Shown here: in pieces, positions 9,247 to 18,409 of the stretch
Layout of the letters: each line of letters opens with the position of its first letter
Position numbering within the stretch: position 1 is the first letter of the stretch
Source of the DNA: a virus
Taxonomy: Duplodnaviria; Caudoviricetes
Strand: one strand, 5' to 3'
Length of the DNA stretch: 64,000 nt
IMG/VR virus record: IMGVR_UViG_3300020814_000535
Translations under genes and position numbers: made by a program
Notes under the pieces: generated by a model
What the model was told of the DNA's origin: nothing
What the model saw: only the letters and a program-made list of their open reading frames with translations
The model's database searches: none

Positions 9247-9784
9247 TTTGTTCTGAAAAGAATTTTGCCGCCCCCGTTTTCGCAGACCCGACTACACAAT
9301 ACAGTTTAGCAAACTCTTCTGGATAATACTTCTTAAATCTTTTGATCTTGGTTCTATCTTGTTTGGGAAGGAACCCCTTAATCTCTATCCAGATGTATTC
9401 GCCAGATTTAAAAGTCACTTTGAAATCAGGGGTATAACTGACTGTGCCGTGAAGAATCCCGAAAGGAGCAAAGGAGAACGTGGTCGGCTCAACTTCGATA
9501 TGATGAACATTATCTTGTGTTTTCAAATATCTGTAGGTGTTTGCCTCCCATGTTGAGCGCATAACTTGGTTATCACAATCTTTACGTCTGCCGATCTTGC
9601 TGACCTGTCGTTTCTTGGGTCCGCGCGAAGGTGTTTCGCCATCTAATTCTGCTAGCTTAGTTTGAATAGCGTAGCGACTCTTGGCCATATAGGCACAAAG
9701 CTGGTTAATCTCCAAGCTCTTATGTGTTTTCAGATAATCTTCTTCGAGAGGAGACCAGGTGGTTGGCTTAAAGTGTTTTCCCAT
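9173..9784 (-). CDS. PD-(D/E)XK endonuclease with N-terminal HTH
   Basis: MRSTWEAN, YTPDFKV and WIEIKG. Confidence 0.85.
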   Translation of the reverse strand: MGKHFKPTTWSPLEEDYLKTHKSLEINQLCAYMAKSRYAIQTKLAELDGETPSRGPKKRQVSKIGRRKDCDNQVMRSTWEANTYRYLKTQDNVHHIEVEPTTFSFAPFGILHGTVSYTPDFKVTFKSGEYIWIEIKGFLPKQDRTKIKRFKKYYPEEFAKLYCVVGSAKTGAAKFFSEQNVTTLFYYSELAKKCKHTIPEWES

Positions 9785-10475
9785 TCTTCTTCAGAAATTC
9801 CTCTTTCCAAGCTTTGAGTGCAGCAATTGATTTAGAGCCGAAATCTCCATCAATTTTTGCTAAATAAAAGCCATCGCCAGCCAGTTTCTTTTGCAGTCTC
9901 AGAGTTACTTCTTTGCGCAGTTTACTTAAATCTACAGCCATTCCAGGACAAATGTGTTTGTACTTCTTAGAACCATTTCCGAGTAAAATAACCATCCCAG
10001 GAACTTCCCTGTGGCCATAAATGACCTTGGGTTGGAGGGTAAAAAATAAACACAGCTTCACTAGGTGTTCTAGTAGACTCTCATATTGTACCTGCGGAGG
10101 AGCTTCTTTTCCTCCAGGATAAGCCATTACAACTCCAACAGATGTTTTATTCCAGGCCCCACAATGCCAAGTCCAATCGTCATATTCGTTACAGTGAAAT
10201 ACCACTCCGTCCTTGTCAATAAAGTCAGCGTAGCAAATACGAGGACAGCCCTTTTTGGAGATATGATTAGGCCCAATGTGATAGGTATTCGTTTCAAAGG
10301 GATCTTGGTTTGTCCCGCCGGTACAATGGACGATAATACGCAGAATCTGTTTGCGTTTAGCCCATTTTCTAGTCGGGTGACGAGGCAGAGTTGCTCTAAG
10401 ATCTACTAGTTTATAAGCCAAAACAATTCCCCCTTTCGTTGCCTCTATCTTCTCATAATTTGGCTTGCAAACCAA
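9768..10475 (-). CDS. N-acetylmuramoyl-L-alanine amidase (endolysin) with peptidoglycan-binding domain
   Basis: IIVHCT, WHC, GHRE and CPG Amidase_2 motifs; C-terminal LQKKL...IDGDFGSKS. The true start may lie slightly downstream. Confidence 0.88.
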   Translation of the reverse strand: MVCKPNYEKIEATKGGIVLAYKLVDLRATLPRHPTRKWAKRKQILRIIVHCTGGTNQDPFETNTYHIGPNHISKKGCPRICYADFIDKDGVVFHCNEYDDWTWHCGAWNKTSVGVVMAYPGGKEAPPQVQYESLLEHLVKLCLFFTLQPKVIYGHREVPGMVILLGNGSKKYKHICPGMAVDLSKLRKEVTLRLQKKLAGDGFYLAKIDGDFGSKSIAALKAWKEEFLKKNGKTL

Positions 10476-10855
10476 TCCTCCGAGATAGTATCAACGTCAT
10501 TAGCATCGATAACTATATATACGAACCCTATCTCTTCTGCTGCTTTCTTCTTGATACCGTCTCTATAGATAATCTCTTGATATCTGGTCTCAGCTTCCTC
10601 CTGGGTGGTGCTTTTGGACCAGTAGGTGGGCTTGTAATGTTGTGCGCCCATCACTTCGATAACGACTCGAAGATCTAGAATTACCCAGTCAAACTTACAT
10701 CGGCCATCCCTGAAGGAGGGGTTAATCTTATTAACCGGATACTCCTGGTAGATCCTGTAATTTTTATAGGAGGACGCCCTTAAAAATTCGCCCACTTTTT
10801 TATGGGGGTAACTGGCTGAGGAAGAGGGGGAATACTTGAAACGCTTGGTTTTCAA
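10445..10855 (-). CDS. Vsr/DUF559-like endonuclease
   Basis: QEYPV, FDW, VIEVMGAQHY and RDGIKK. Confidence 0.75.
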   Translation of the reverse strand: MKTKRFKYSPSSSASYPHKKVGEFLRASSYKNYRIYQEYPVNKINPSFRDGRCKFDWVILDLRVVIEVMGAQHYKPTYWSKSTTQEEAETRYQEIIYRDGIKKKAAEEIGFVYIVIDANDVDTISEDWFASQIMRR

Positions 10856-11151
10856 GTGAAATACTTTTTATCGATAGGATTCTTTAGCCACTCGTTATCT
10901 GGCAGATCTGGCTTGCTGGGATCGAGGATACCTTTCTGAGTCAGGTATTGTTCCAGGGCCAAAGCCAGGTTATCGTCCGTGATGAAAGCAAAGTCGCTAC
11001 CACCCGTGTCTTCTTCTATATATTTTTTCCCACTAAATCGATCCGTAAAAGCGACGAAGGTTCTGAAGCCATAAGATACCGTGGCTAGGTGAAGACGACC
11101 TAGAAAACCTGGAATAGAATACTTTCTATTATCTTTCAGAACAAAATTCAT
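10852..11151 (-). CDS. Hypothetical protein
   Basis: 99 aa, with 4-nt overlaps to both neighbours. Confidence 0.65.
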   Translation of the reverse strand: MNFVLKDNRKYSIPGFLGRLHLATVSYGFRTFVAFTDRFSGKKYIEEDTGGSDFAFITDDNLALALEQYLTQKGILDPSKPDLPDNEWLKNPIDKKYFT

Positions 11152-11450
11152 TGTACCTTAGGAAAGGGAGGGAGAGGCAAATCGTCCTTGCCAAGTTCCT
11201 TTTCCATCTGCTCATAGAGCTTCCAAGTCTGGTCAGTTCTTCCTGGCTCCAGAGAAGGGAGAAGAATATTGCCGCACTTTGGACATAAGTAAGCAACGAA
11301 GTTAATGTCTTTTACCTTGGGAATAGTTTGTCCAAGAATAACGTTGTGAAAAGCTTTAAATTGAGAAAGCTTCATTTCATACAGAAAACTATTATCGCAT
11401 CGTTCGCAGCGCAAGGGTTCGTTCATGGGATCTAGGGGTTCTCGGGCCAA
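11148..11450 (-). CDS. Zinc-ribbon protein
   Basis: CERC...CPKC; TTG start after GAGGAG. Confidence 0.7.
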   Translation of the reverse strand: MAREPLDPMNEPLRCERCDNSFLYEMKLSQFKAFHNVILGQTIPKVKDINFVAYLCPKCGNILLPSLEPGRTDQTWKLYEQMEKELGKDDLPLPPFPKVQ

Positions 11451-11452
11451 GA

Positions 11453-11620
11453 TTAGCTCTCCTCTTGTTCTTTTAGATCACAATCAACACAGATTCCTCG
11501 GTCTGTTATAGCATCAACTAGGACTTTGTTGCCACACTTTTTACAAACAGCCTTGATTTCGGGTTCGGCGTCTTCCCAAACAAAACGTACTTTTCCGTTC
11601 TTATCGACTACTTCTAGCAA
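11453..11620 (-). CDS. Small zinc-finger protein (55 aa, not in ORF track)
   Basis: Manually translated MLEVVDKNGKVRFVWEDAEPEIKAVCKKCGNKVLVDAITDRGICVDCDLKEQEES; TTG start after AAGGAG. Confidence 0.7.
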   Translation of the reverse strand: MLEVVDKNGKVRFVWEDAEPEIKAVCKKCGNKVLVDAITDRGICVDCDLKEQEES

Positions 11621-11651
11621 GGGGCTCCTTTCTCTCTTTTAAATACAAATA

Positions 11652-11680
11652 TTGCAAAAAGTAACTATATATGGTATTTT
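11652..11680 (+). promoter_or_regulatory. Sigma70-like promoter for tnpB (probably leaderless mRNA)
   Basis: TTGCAA-N17-TATTTT with an extended -10 TG; the ATG lies 7 nt after the -10 box and there is no SD. Confidence 0.55.
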
Positions 11681-11687
11681 ACAATAA

Positions 11688-12839
11688 ATGCCTTACAGAG
11701 TATTTAGATTACCTCTATTTCCCACAAAGAAACAAGTATCTATATTAAAACACACGTCTCAAGAATTTACTAGGGCATTTAATTTTGTCTGTGAGATTGG
11801 TTGGGAGAACCATTGTAAAAATGGAGTTATTCTTCACCATTTAACCTATAAGGAATCAAAAACTAAATTTCCTAGCCTTGTATCAGACTTCCACGTACAA
11901 GCACGGGTCAAAGCTACAGGAGCCTTAAAAGCTCTTTTTACAAAAGCCAACAAGGGTCAAAAGGTATCGCAACCTAAATCGCTTGGCATTTCTCCTTTAT
12001 ACGAAAAACATACATTTAAAATATATTGGGACAGAGGCTTCGTCCGTCTATCGACCACTTCTGGCAGGCAATCGATATTATTTAGCATTCCAAAATATGT
12101 CGCAAAATACTCTTCGTGCAAAGAACGTTCAGCCGAATTAAAAGAGAGAGACGGCAAATGGTTCCTTAATGTTTCTGTAAAATTAGAAATTCCCGAAATC
12201 CAGAAGTCAGCCCAAATCACAGGCGTCGATCTTGGTCTTTCAAACCCCGCAGTAACTAGCAACAACAAATTCTTTGGGAAACGTCGCTGGAAAGCCACTG
12301 AGAAAAAGCATTTCAATCTTCGAAGGAATCTTCAAAAAGCGGGCACCAAAAGTGCTAAACGACACCTGAAACGCCTTCGCAGGAAACTTGCTAGATTTCA
12401 TCGGGATTGCGACCATGTCCTTTCGAAACAAATTGTTCAGTCTGTAGAGCCTGGAAGCACTATTGTTCTTGAGAATCTAAAAAACATTCGTAAAACTGCC
12501 AAGGTCCACTATGGCGCTCAAGCACGACGTCTTCATTCCTGGAGTTTTGCACAACTAAAATCCTTTATTGAGTACAAAGCAGAAGAACGCGGTTGTACGG
12601 TGGTTGGGATTGATCCCCGACATACCTCGCAGACCTGCAGTCGCTGTGGGCACGTAGCCCGCAACAATCGGCGTTCTCGTGCATGGTTTAAATGTAGAAA
12701 GTGTGGTTTTCAACTCCATGCCGATCTCAATGGTGCAAGAAATATTACTGCAAAGTACCTTGCTAACGAGAGTAAATCCCTCGTTAGTGGGCTGCCTGTC
12801 GATCAGCCTATTGTAGATATATCTCTATCTACAAGTTAG
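11688..12839 (+). CDS. tnpB: IS200/IS605-family TnpB RNA-guided endonuclease
   Basis: RuvC motifs GVDLG, VLENL and HADLNGARNI; zinc ribbon TSQTCSRCG...FKCRKCG. Confidence 0.95.
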   Translation: MPYRVFRLPLFPTKKQVSILKHTSQEFTRAFNFVCEIGWENHCKNGVILHHLTYKESKTKFPSLVSDFHVQARVKATGALKALFTKANKGQKVSQPKSLGISPLYEKHTFKIYWDRGFVRLSTTSGRQSILFSIPKYVAKYSSCKERSAELKERDGKWFLNVSVKLEIPEIQKSAQITGVDLGLSNPAVTSNNKFFGKRRWKATEKKHFNLRRNLQKAGTKSAKRHLKRLRRKLARFHRDCDHVLSKQIVQSVEPGSTIVLENLKNIRKTAKVHYGAQARRLHSWSFAQLKSFIEYKAEERGCTVVGIDPRHTSQTCSRCGHVARNNRRSRAWFKCRKCGFQLHADLNGARNITAKYLANESKSLVSGLPVDQPIVDISLSTS

Positions 12840-12878
12840 ATTTATTCTAGCAATCGACTCTTAGAAGTTGCACTTCTC
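12760..12878 (+). ncRNA. Putative TnpB omegaRNA/reRNA scaffold plus guide
   Basis: Stacked stems CTAACGAG/CTCGTTAG (12763-12787), GGCTG/CAGCC (12790-12808), TTGTAGATA/TATCTACAA (12811-12834) and TAGA/TCTA. The guide is inferred to start near 12859. Confidence 0.6.
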
Positions 12879-13616
12879 CCTAAATTCACAGGTTAAACAC
12901 TGGTTGGTGACAGATGGATAATAGAGATCGTTTGCGATGTTCTTCAGGATGGATTCTATTTTTTGAAACTCGTTCATATCTTTAATGAAAAAGGTCCTAG
13001 TGCTTACCTTATTTGTATCACAGTCTATGAAATGTCTAACTAATTTGTAGGGTTTAATTCCAGAGGCCTTCCAAAAGCTGAATATTCTCGTGCGAGTAAA
13101 GATATCTCTCAGGAATTCTTGGGCTGTTTGAGGAATGTCGGAGAAATCTACAAGGATAATTTTATCTTCGTCTCTCAAAATCAGGGGAATGAAATCTTCA
13201 TAGGTCTTATGAAGACTCATAAAGTTGAAGCTATGCCTCACGGGCAACTCGCCTAAAAGAAACTTCTCGTGTTCATGTGGAAGATAGATTTCGTGGAACC
13301 AATGGTAGAGAGCAGTGAATAGAGGCTCTAGATCGTAGGGTAAGTCCCAGCCTTTCTTACCTAGGTCCGTAAGGACATAGCCTGCAAGTTGTCGTACTTT
13401 GGGCCAACCGTGTTTTTGCGCTCCATTCGAACGTTCCGCATAGACATTTTTCTGGATATGGAACTTCCGAATGGTTTCGGCCAGGAAGTGGCCAAGGAAA
13501 GAGTTGAGAAGGGAGAAGTTGCTTTTCTTAGCGTAGAAGAGGCGCTGAGGACACTGAGTGTAGAGCAGTACGTCAGCGGGGGAAATTAATCTGATTGATT
13601 TAGAGATGTACGCCAC
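12861..13616 (-). CDS. Cas4/AddB-like PD-(D/E)XK fold protein, catalytic motif degenerate
   Basis: N-terminal TQCPQR and C-terminal CLTCEFREKC cysteine staple; ILVDFS stands in place of IIDYKT. Confidence 0.65.
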   Translation of the reverse strand: MAYISKSIRLISPADVLLYTQCPQRLFYAKKSNFSLLNSFLGHFLAETIRKFHIQKNVYAERSNGAQKHGWPKVRQLAGYVLTDLGKKGWDLPYDLEPLFTALYHWFHEIYLPHEHEKFLLGELPVRHSFNFMSLHKTYEDFIPLILRDEDKIILVDFSDIPQTAQEFLRDIFTRTRIFSFWKASGIKPYKLVRHFIDCDTNKVSTRTFFIKDMNEFQKIESILKNIANDLYYPSVTNQCLTCEFREKCNF

Positions 13617-13786
13617 AGAGCCCAGGAGAGATGTTTTTCTTTCATTCCGCCAAGAAGTTTCTCAGCAATGGCACCGCATTCGGGACATAGCTTTTCGTGC
13701 CCAATATCAACTTCCATCAAAGACAAATCGTCTTCAAAGATTTCTACCTCACAATCTTTATTTAGGCAAGCAAAATCGAAAAGCAT
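13586..13786 (-). CDS. FmdB-like zinc-ribbon protein
   Basis: FDFAC...C...FE and CPECG; ATG start after AAGGAGG. Confidence 0.75.
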   Translation of the reverse strand: MLFDFACLNKDCEVEIFEDDLSLMEVDIGHEKLCPECGAIAEKLLGGMKEKHLSWALWRTSLNQSD

Positions 13787-13795
13787 GTGACCTCC

Positions 13796-14983
13796 TTAGA
13801 GCGTAGGTGCGTACAGTACCTTCGTGCCCTTAATTAGCTTGCGATTCACAGAGGTACTCTGAATGAAGATCTGATAGTTTCCGTGGTCGCCAGGCTTTAC
13901 ACGAATATCCTGGGACGGGAGCTTAAGAAGTTGTCTCGCTTGGTGCCCGCCATAAATACGAGAGCCATTCTTTTCCATAATCAAGATCTTCTTGTAACTA
14001 TGAATCTTTTCAGGCTTTGTTAGCTCGTAGTAAAGCCCGCCAAGAACATAATTCCCAAAGCGCCCAACACAGAAAGTCTTTACGTCAGTATCTTCGGATA
14101 CCGAGGCTTCCTGAACCTTGGGACTTAGGTCGTCGAGATTGGTTACTTGCTTCTTGGTTACATGGGAAAGATCTGTATAGAAAGTTTGCGTTGACGTCTT
14201 GCCAAGAGAACGAGTCAGATAGAAATTCTGCACGCCAGTGTTGAGGTTCATAGAAACAGTATTCATTCCTTCAACTGTCCCGATTTCCCACTCAGCGATA
14301 TTGCCTTGCGGAATGCCAAGCTTTCTCATTAGGACATGCTTGTAGGCCCCGCCGCCTGGAACCATAAAAGCAAAGGTCCAACGGTCAGTAAGCTGCATAT
14401 CAGTAATGCGTTGTCTCAAAGTTTCGGCAACACGATATGCCCCACGAGAAGCGTTCTCGTATCCATCAGTCACAATCATAAAAACATAGCTCTCATCGCT
14501 ATTTGCCTTTGCGTCCTTTAACAACCGATCAATCGTTGTTCCTACTGAATCAAAGAGGGCTGTACATCCAGTAATAAGATAGTCTGACCTTGGAATTGCC
14601 TTTACTTCCTTCGCTGGCCTCTTATAGAAAATATTCCTAACATAGTCGCCAAACGTAAGAAATGTAATCGTCGAATTCATCCCCGTCCGATAAGCCTCAG
14701 ACTTAATCGTTTCGATATTTTTGTTTACAGCTGTAAGAGCTTCGGTAGCCAGAGTACTCATAGAATATGACCCATCGAGGATAATCACAAAGTGATTTAC
14801 TTTCTCGTCCTGCGGAGGAGCTGGTGGCGCAGGAGGAGCTACAACTACGACCGTCATTGCCTTTAGACAGGCCGCCCGAAGCTCTTCCTTACTCATGTGT
14901 CCGCGTCCCTGAATGTTAAGCTGCTTGGCTACTACACGAAGTTCGTCACGGGTCATGTTTTCTAGGTTTTTACTGATTTTCAT
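13796..14983 (-). CDS. Rho-N-like domain plus von Willebrand factor A protein
   Basis: LENMTRDELRVVAKQLNIQGRGHMSKEEL, a Pro-rich linker, and MIDAS elements DGSYSM, TALFD and TDGYEN. ATG at 14983 follows AAGGAG. Confidence 0.85.
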   Translation of the reverse strand: MKISKNLENMTRDELRVVAKQLNIQGRGHMSKEELRAACLKAMTVVVVAPPAPPAPPQDEKVNHFVIILDGSYSMSTLATEALTAVNKNIETIKSEAYRTGMNSTITFLTFGDYVRNIFYKRPAKEVKAIPRSDYLITGCTALFDSVGTTIDRLLKDAKANSDESYVFMIVTDGYENASRGAYRVAETLRQRITDMQLTDRWTFAFMVPGGGAYKHVLMRKLGIPQGNIAEWEIGTVEGMNTVSMNLNTGVQNFYLTRSLGKTSTQTFYTDLSHVTKKQVTNLDDLSPKVQEASVSEDTDVKTFCVGRFGNYVLGGLYYELTKPEKIHSYKKILIMEKNGSRIYGGHQARQLLKLPSQDIRVKPGDHGNYQIFIQSTSVNRKLIKGTKVLYAPTL

Positions 14984-14999
14984 TAATTCTCCTTGAGCT

Positions 15000-17492
15000 T
15001 TAACGATCGAATGCTTGGCTGAAGACGTCTCCATTCCCATCTTCTTTGCCACCACTCTCTCTAATTTTCTTCATCTCTGCTTGTTCTCTCAGAACAGTCG
15101 ACTGAGGCACACAGTTATAATCGCTAGAATCGGGGTAGAAATTCAAGAAAAAAGTGTTCTTCGTGGAAGCAATTTTGTTTTTGCCGATAATGACCTCAAT
15201 TCTAGGGAGATAGATTTGTTCGTTTCGGGCATTCATTCCACGGTGGCAAACCGTGAAAGAATCTGGAAGGTCCGTAACGTCATTGTAGATATGAGCCGAG
15301 AAGTTGGCGTCATAAGAAATCTGGTTGGTTTCGCCGATGTTGGAATCATTGGGGCGAGTTCCTGGAGTGAGTTTTGGATACTCTACCGTAGAGAAGATAG
15401 AGACGTGATATCGCTCAGCAAACTTCTTCATCTGTTGCGAGGTTAACTGCCAACGAATACGAGCATCCTTAACATTCTCAAACCACATCAGTTTGTGGAA
15501 GTTGTCTAACATGTAGAGGACTTTTCCGTTAGCGGAATGGTAGGCAATAAGGCTTTCGATATAAGACATCGACTCGCCATTGTTTACGTCTTTCACAATT
15601 AGTCGTTTTGTTCTGACTAGGTTAAGTAGACGTTCATAACCAATCCTTCTCATCTCAGGAATCAGAGGGGCTAGAGGGATGTTTTGTCTGGACCAGTAAC
15701 GGGGATTCATTACGTGGGCCATAGCTAAAGATTTCGTCCCTTCAGCAATGGTCACCAGGCGGGGAGTTACTTGTGCGCGCGTGTCATCGATTGTGTGAAG
15801 AATAACTGTTACATCTTCATTGTACTCAGCTACCGAATAGGCAATTTTGGAGAAGAGAGCAGATTTGCCGCAATTGGGCCGACCACCCAAAACCATAAAC
15901 ACATCCTTGGTCCAGTCACCAGGAAGATTGTCTTGCAGAAAACGCAGGTCTTCTCCTAGCTGGAATCCTTCATAAGTATCTGGCTTAGTCTCTTCTTTCT
16001 CCCTCTGAGACTCAATAGCCTGAATAAAGTCATCGGCTCCAAAAGAATCCTTGTTGTATTTGATCGAAAGATTAACTAGGTCGGTGTAGGTATCGCGAAC
16101 AATCTCTTCCGCCGAATCAGGACGCTCTCTCAAAGAATAGGTCAGCTTCTCAATAATCGTCTCTCGTTCTTTTGAAACCTGGAAAGCCTTGGCGTCAAGA
16201 AGAACTCTTACATCCTCACGGATAGTCTGAATAGGAAAATCTGTTCGTTCAGAAAGGGTTCGACACAAACTTTCTCTTCTGACAGAAGATGGTTCTGTAG
16301 CAATGAGAGGAATCATTGCTTTACAGATTTCTTCTGGAGTGGCGTTCTCGTCAAAGCAATTCATTCTCCATTCAAAAGCAGTCCATCTAGAAAGCTTCAG
16401 AAATTCATCTAGTCCAAACTTACGAATGAAACTGTCTGGATCTTCATCTCTAGGAAGGACAACGATTTTGACGTCTAGGTCTTTGTGGCCCGCGAATCGT
16501 TCATCCAAAACTTTCTTGAGAGTCTTCTGCCCTGGCTCGTCTCCATCGGGACAAAGAATAATCTCGTAGACGCCTTTCTGTTTAATCAGGATGATCTGGT
16601 CTTCAGAAAGGATTCCTCCTGAGTGGCAAGCACAGTTGAGAAGCCCAGCTTGTTTAGCGGTAATAACATCAGACTGTCCTTCAAAGATCCAGAGGGGAGG
16701 ACAATGAGGAAGAGCTGTATCTAGACCATAGAGCCTAGAGTTCTTCTGGAAGATGTTACATTTCTGTCCAGTTGTTTTTAGTGCATCGTATTTGTGAGGT
16801 TTGGCTAATGTGGCATCTGCATCTGCTTGTTTCTTTTGCTCTTCATATTTCAAGTTCCGAGAGGAGAAACCAATCGGACGTCCATATTCATCTCTCCAGG
16901 TAAAGATCAGATTATCCGAGCTGAATAGATTGCGGCGGGTAAGATCGATTTCCCTTAGAAACTGGAGTTGGAATCCTTGATTGCGCAGGTTATTAATGAA
17001 ATCGTTGTAATCAAAGATCGCTCCGATGTTGTATTTCTGGAGTGTTTCTTTGGTCCAGCCCCGTCTTGCTACTTCCGCTTTGGCTGCTTGCTGAACCTGC
17101 TCGCCATTAAAATCAACCCACAAGAGATCTGCTGCTGCCTTGTAGGCTCGGTAGGTATCTAGTTCGTACAGATCGTCTTGGGTTAACTCTTCTACTTCAA
17201 GCTTAATCTCGTACTTGTCACACAGATACTTGATTGTATCTGTCATCCAGAGCTTTCCGCCTCTGGGCTTCTTTTCTAGAATACAAACAGCATCCAGGAT
17301 ATCCAACCCCTTGTTGCACCCAAAACACCAAGCCTTCTCGTCGTTGATTAGCTTACAAGAGGGAGTTGAGTCTTCATGGTCTGGATGAATGCAACAGAAG
17401 TTCCTGGTGGTATCAATACCTCGTTCCTGGAGGTATTCGCGTAGATGGTGCTTGAGCTGCTTGATGATTTCACCAAGTTGGCGGATTCTCAA
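15000..17492 (-). CDS. DNA primase-helicase fusion (CHC2 zinc finger, TOPRIM, DnaB-like helicase)
   Basis: CIHPDH...CFGC, EGQSD, PDGDEPG, EDPDS, Walker A GRPNCGKS, LDNFH, and IGKNK. Confidence 0.92.
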   Translation of the reverse strand: MRIRQLGEIIKQLKHHLREYLQERGIDTTRNFCCIHPDHEDSTPSCKLINDEKAWCFGCNKGLDILDAVCILEKKPRGGKLWMTDTIKYLCDKYEIKLEVEELTQDDLYELDTYRAYKAAADLLWVDFNGEQVQQAAKAEVARRGWTKETLQKYNIGAIFDYNDFINNLRNQGFQLQFLREIDLTRRNLFSSDNLIFTWRDEYGRPIGFSSRNLKYEEQKKQADADATLAKPHKYDALKTTGQKCNIFQKNSRLYGLDTALPHCPPLWIFEGQSDVITAKQAGLLNCACHSGGILSEDQIILIKQKGVYEIILCPDGDEPGQKTLKKVLDERFAGHKDLDVKIVVLPRDEDPDSFIRKFGLDEFLKLSRWTAFEWRMNCFDENATPEEICKAMIPLIATEPSSVRRESLCRTLSERTDFPIQTIREDVRVLLDAKAFQVSKERETIIEKLTYSLRERPDSAEEIVRDTYTDLVNLSIKYNKDSFGADDFIQAIESQREKEETKPDTYEGFQLGEDLRFLQDNLPGDWTKDVFMVLGGRPNCGKSALFSKIAYSVAEYNEDVTVILHTIDDTRAQVTPRLVTIAEGTKSLAMAHVMNPRYWSRQNIPLAPLIPEMRRIGYERLLNLVRTKRLIVKDVNNGESMSYIESLIAYHSANGKVLYMLDNFHKLMWFENVKDARIRWQLTSQQMKKFAERYHVSIFSTVEYPKLTPGTRPNDSNIGETNQISYDANFSAHIYNDVTDLPDSFTVCHRGMNARNEQIYLPRIEVIIGKNKIASTKNTFFLNFYPDSSDYNCVPQSTVLREQAEMKKIRESGGKEDGNGDVFSQAFDR

Positions 17493-17507
17493 GATTTAAA
17501 CCTAGCC

Positions 17508-18401
17508 TTAGATGCGAGGACGGCCGTCCTTGTACCAACATAGTTTTTCGTATGGACATCCGGCGCGGCATTGCCAGTCACCTGGAATCTCTTCGCCCTT
17601 CTTGTATTTGTCCATCGCGGTTTTGGACAGGTCACCGATTTCGGCATAGAGCTTAATCTTCTCGGGAGAGTAGATAAGCTCATAGTCGTTCTGAGGGATA
17701 GTGTCGGACTTGGCGCACTGATCAAGGAGTCTATATCTAGCATAGATGTCTTCTATTGTGAAGCGGAAGTCTGTAACTCCGTTAATCGTAAAGCGAGTTC
17801 CTTCGAGGGTATCTTTCAGATCGAGATCGAATTCTGCGCGCTTGCTCGAATCGCGTGCGTAGTAAATCAATTTGGCATAACCAAAAATGTTTCTAAACTT
17901 GTGCAAATAGAGAAGAGCCTGAAGAGCATTATGAGTTTTTGGTTGGCCAGGATAGCCTCGCGAACCACAGACCTCTTTAGTGGCAAACCATCCGTATATA
18001 GTTTTGCACTCTACAACAACCAGCTCACTGGTATTCGGATCTTTTACAACACAATCTACTTCTCCAGAAATATTCAACTCCTCATCATAGAAGCGAAGAT
18101 TATTTTCAACCCAAATACCAGCTTGCTTCCATTCTTCAATCATCATCTGCTCAATAACTTTGCCTAATCGGAAGAAGTTCCATTCTGTATAAGCATCAGC
18201 TTTCCCACCTGGCTGACCTTTAATCCTGAAGTAGGACTTGCGAAGACAGGTTCCTGCTACACGTTTAATGTCGTGAGCATCGATCCATTCTACAGAAGCC
18301 TCAGAGGGGTAGTAATGTTTTCCGCGAGGGAGAGATAATTTATCGCGCGTAATCCACTTGTCGGTGAATTCCACCAAACTAAATCTACTTTTGTTTTCCA
18401 A
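17508..18401 (-). CDS. Cas4-like PD-(D/E)XK exonuclease
   Basis: YPSEAS...CLRK, SGEVD, VECKT, QALLY and C-terminal CRAGCPYEKLC. Confidence 0.8.
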   Translation of the reverse strand: MENKSRFSLVEFTDKWITRDKLSLPRGKHYYPSEASVEWIDAHDIKRVAGTCLRKSYFRIKGQPGGKADAYTEWNFFRLGKVIEQMMIEEWKQAGIWVENNLRFYDEELNISGEVDCVVKDPNTSELVVVECKTIYGWFATKEVCGSRGYPGQPKTHNALQALLYLHKFRNIFGYAKLIYYARDSSKRAEFDLDLKDTLEGTRFTINGVTDFRFTIEDIYARYRLLDQCAKSDTIPQNDYELIYSPEKIKLYAEIGDLSKTAMDKYKKGEEIPGDWQCRAGCPYEKLCWYKDGRPRI

Positions 18402-18409
18402 TAAGATTC

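Larger units (their letters stand above)
11640..12858 (+). mobile_element. Solo TnpB (IS1341-like) element without tnpA
   Basis: Opposite-strand insertion in an otherwise tightly packed operon, with a structured 3' end finishing in ...CAATCGAC. Left boundary approximate. Confidence 0.7.

Noticed and set aside
17571-18167. 198-aa plus-strand ORF antisense to the Cas4-like gene
   Set aside because: Shadow ORF with no motif.
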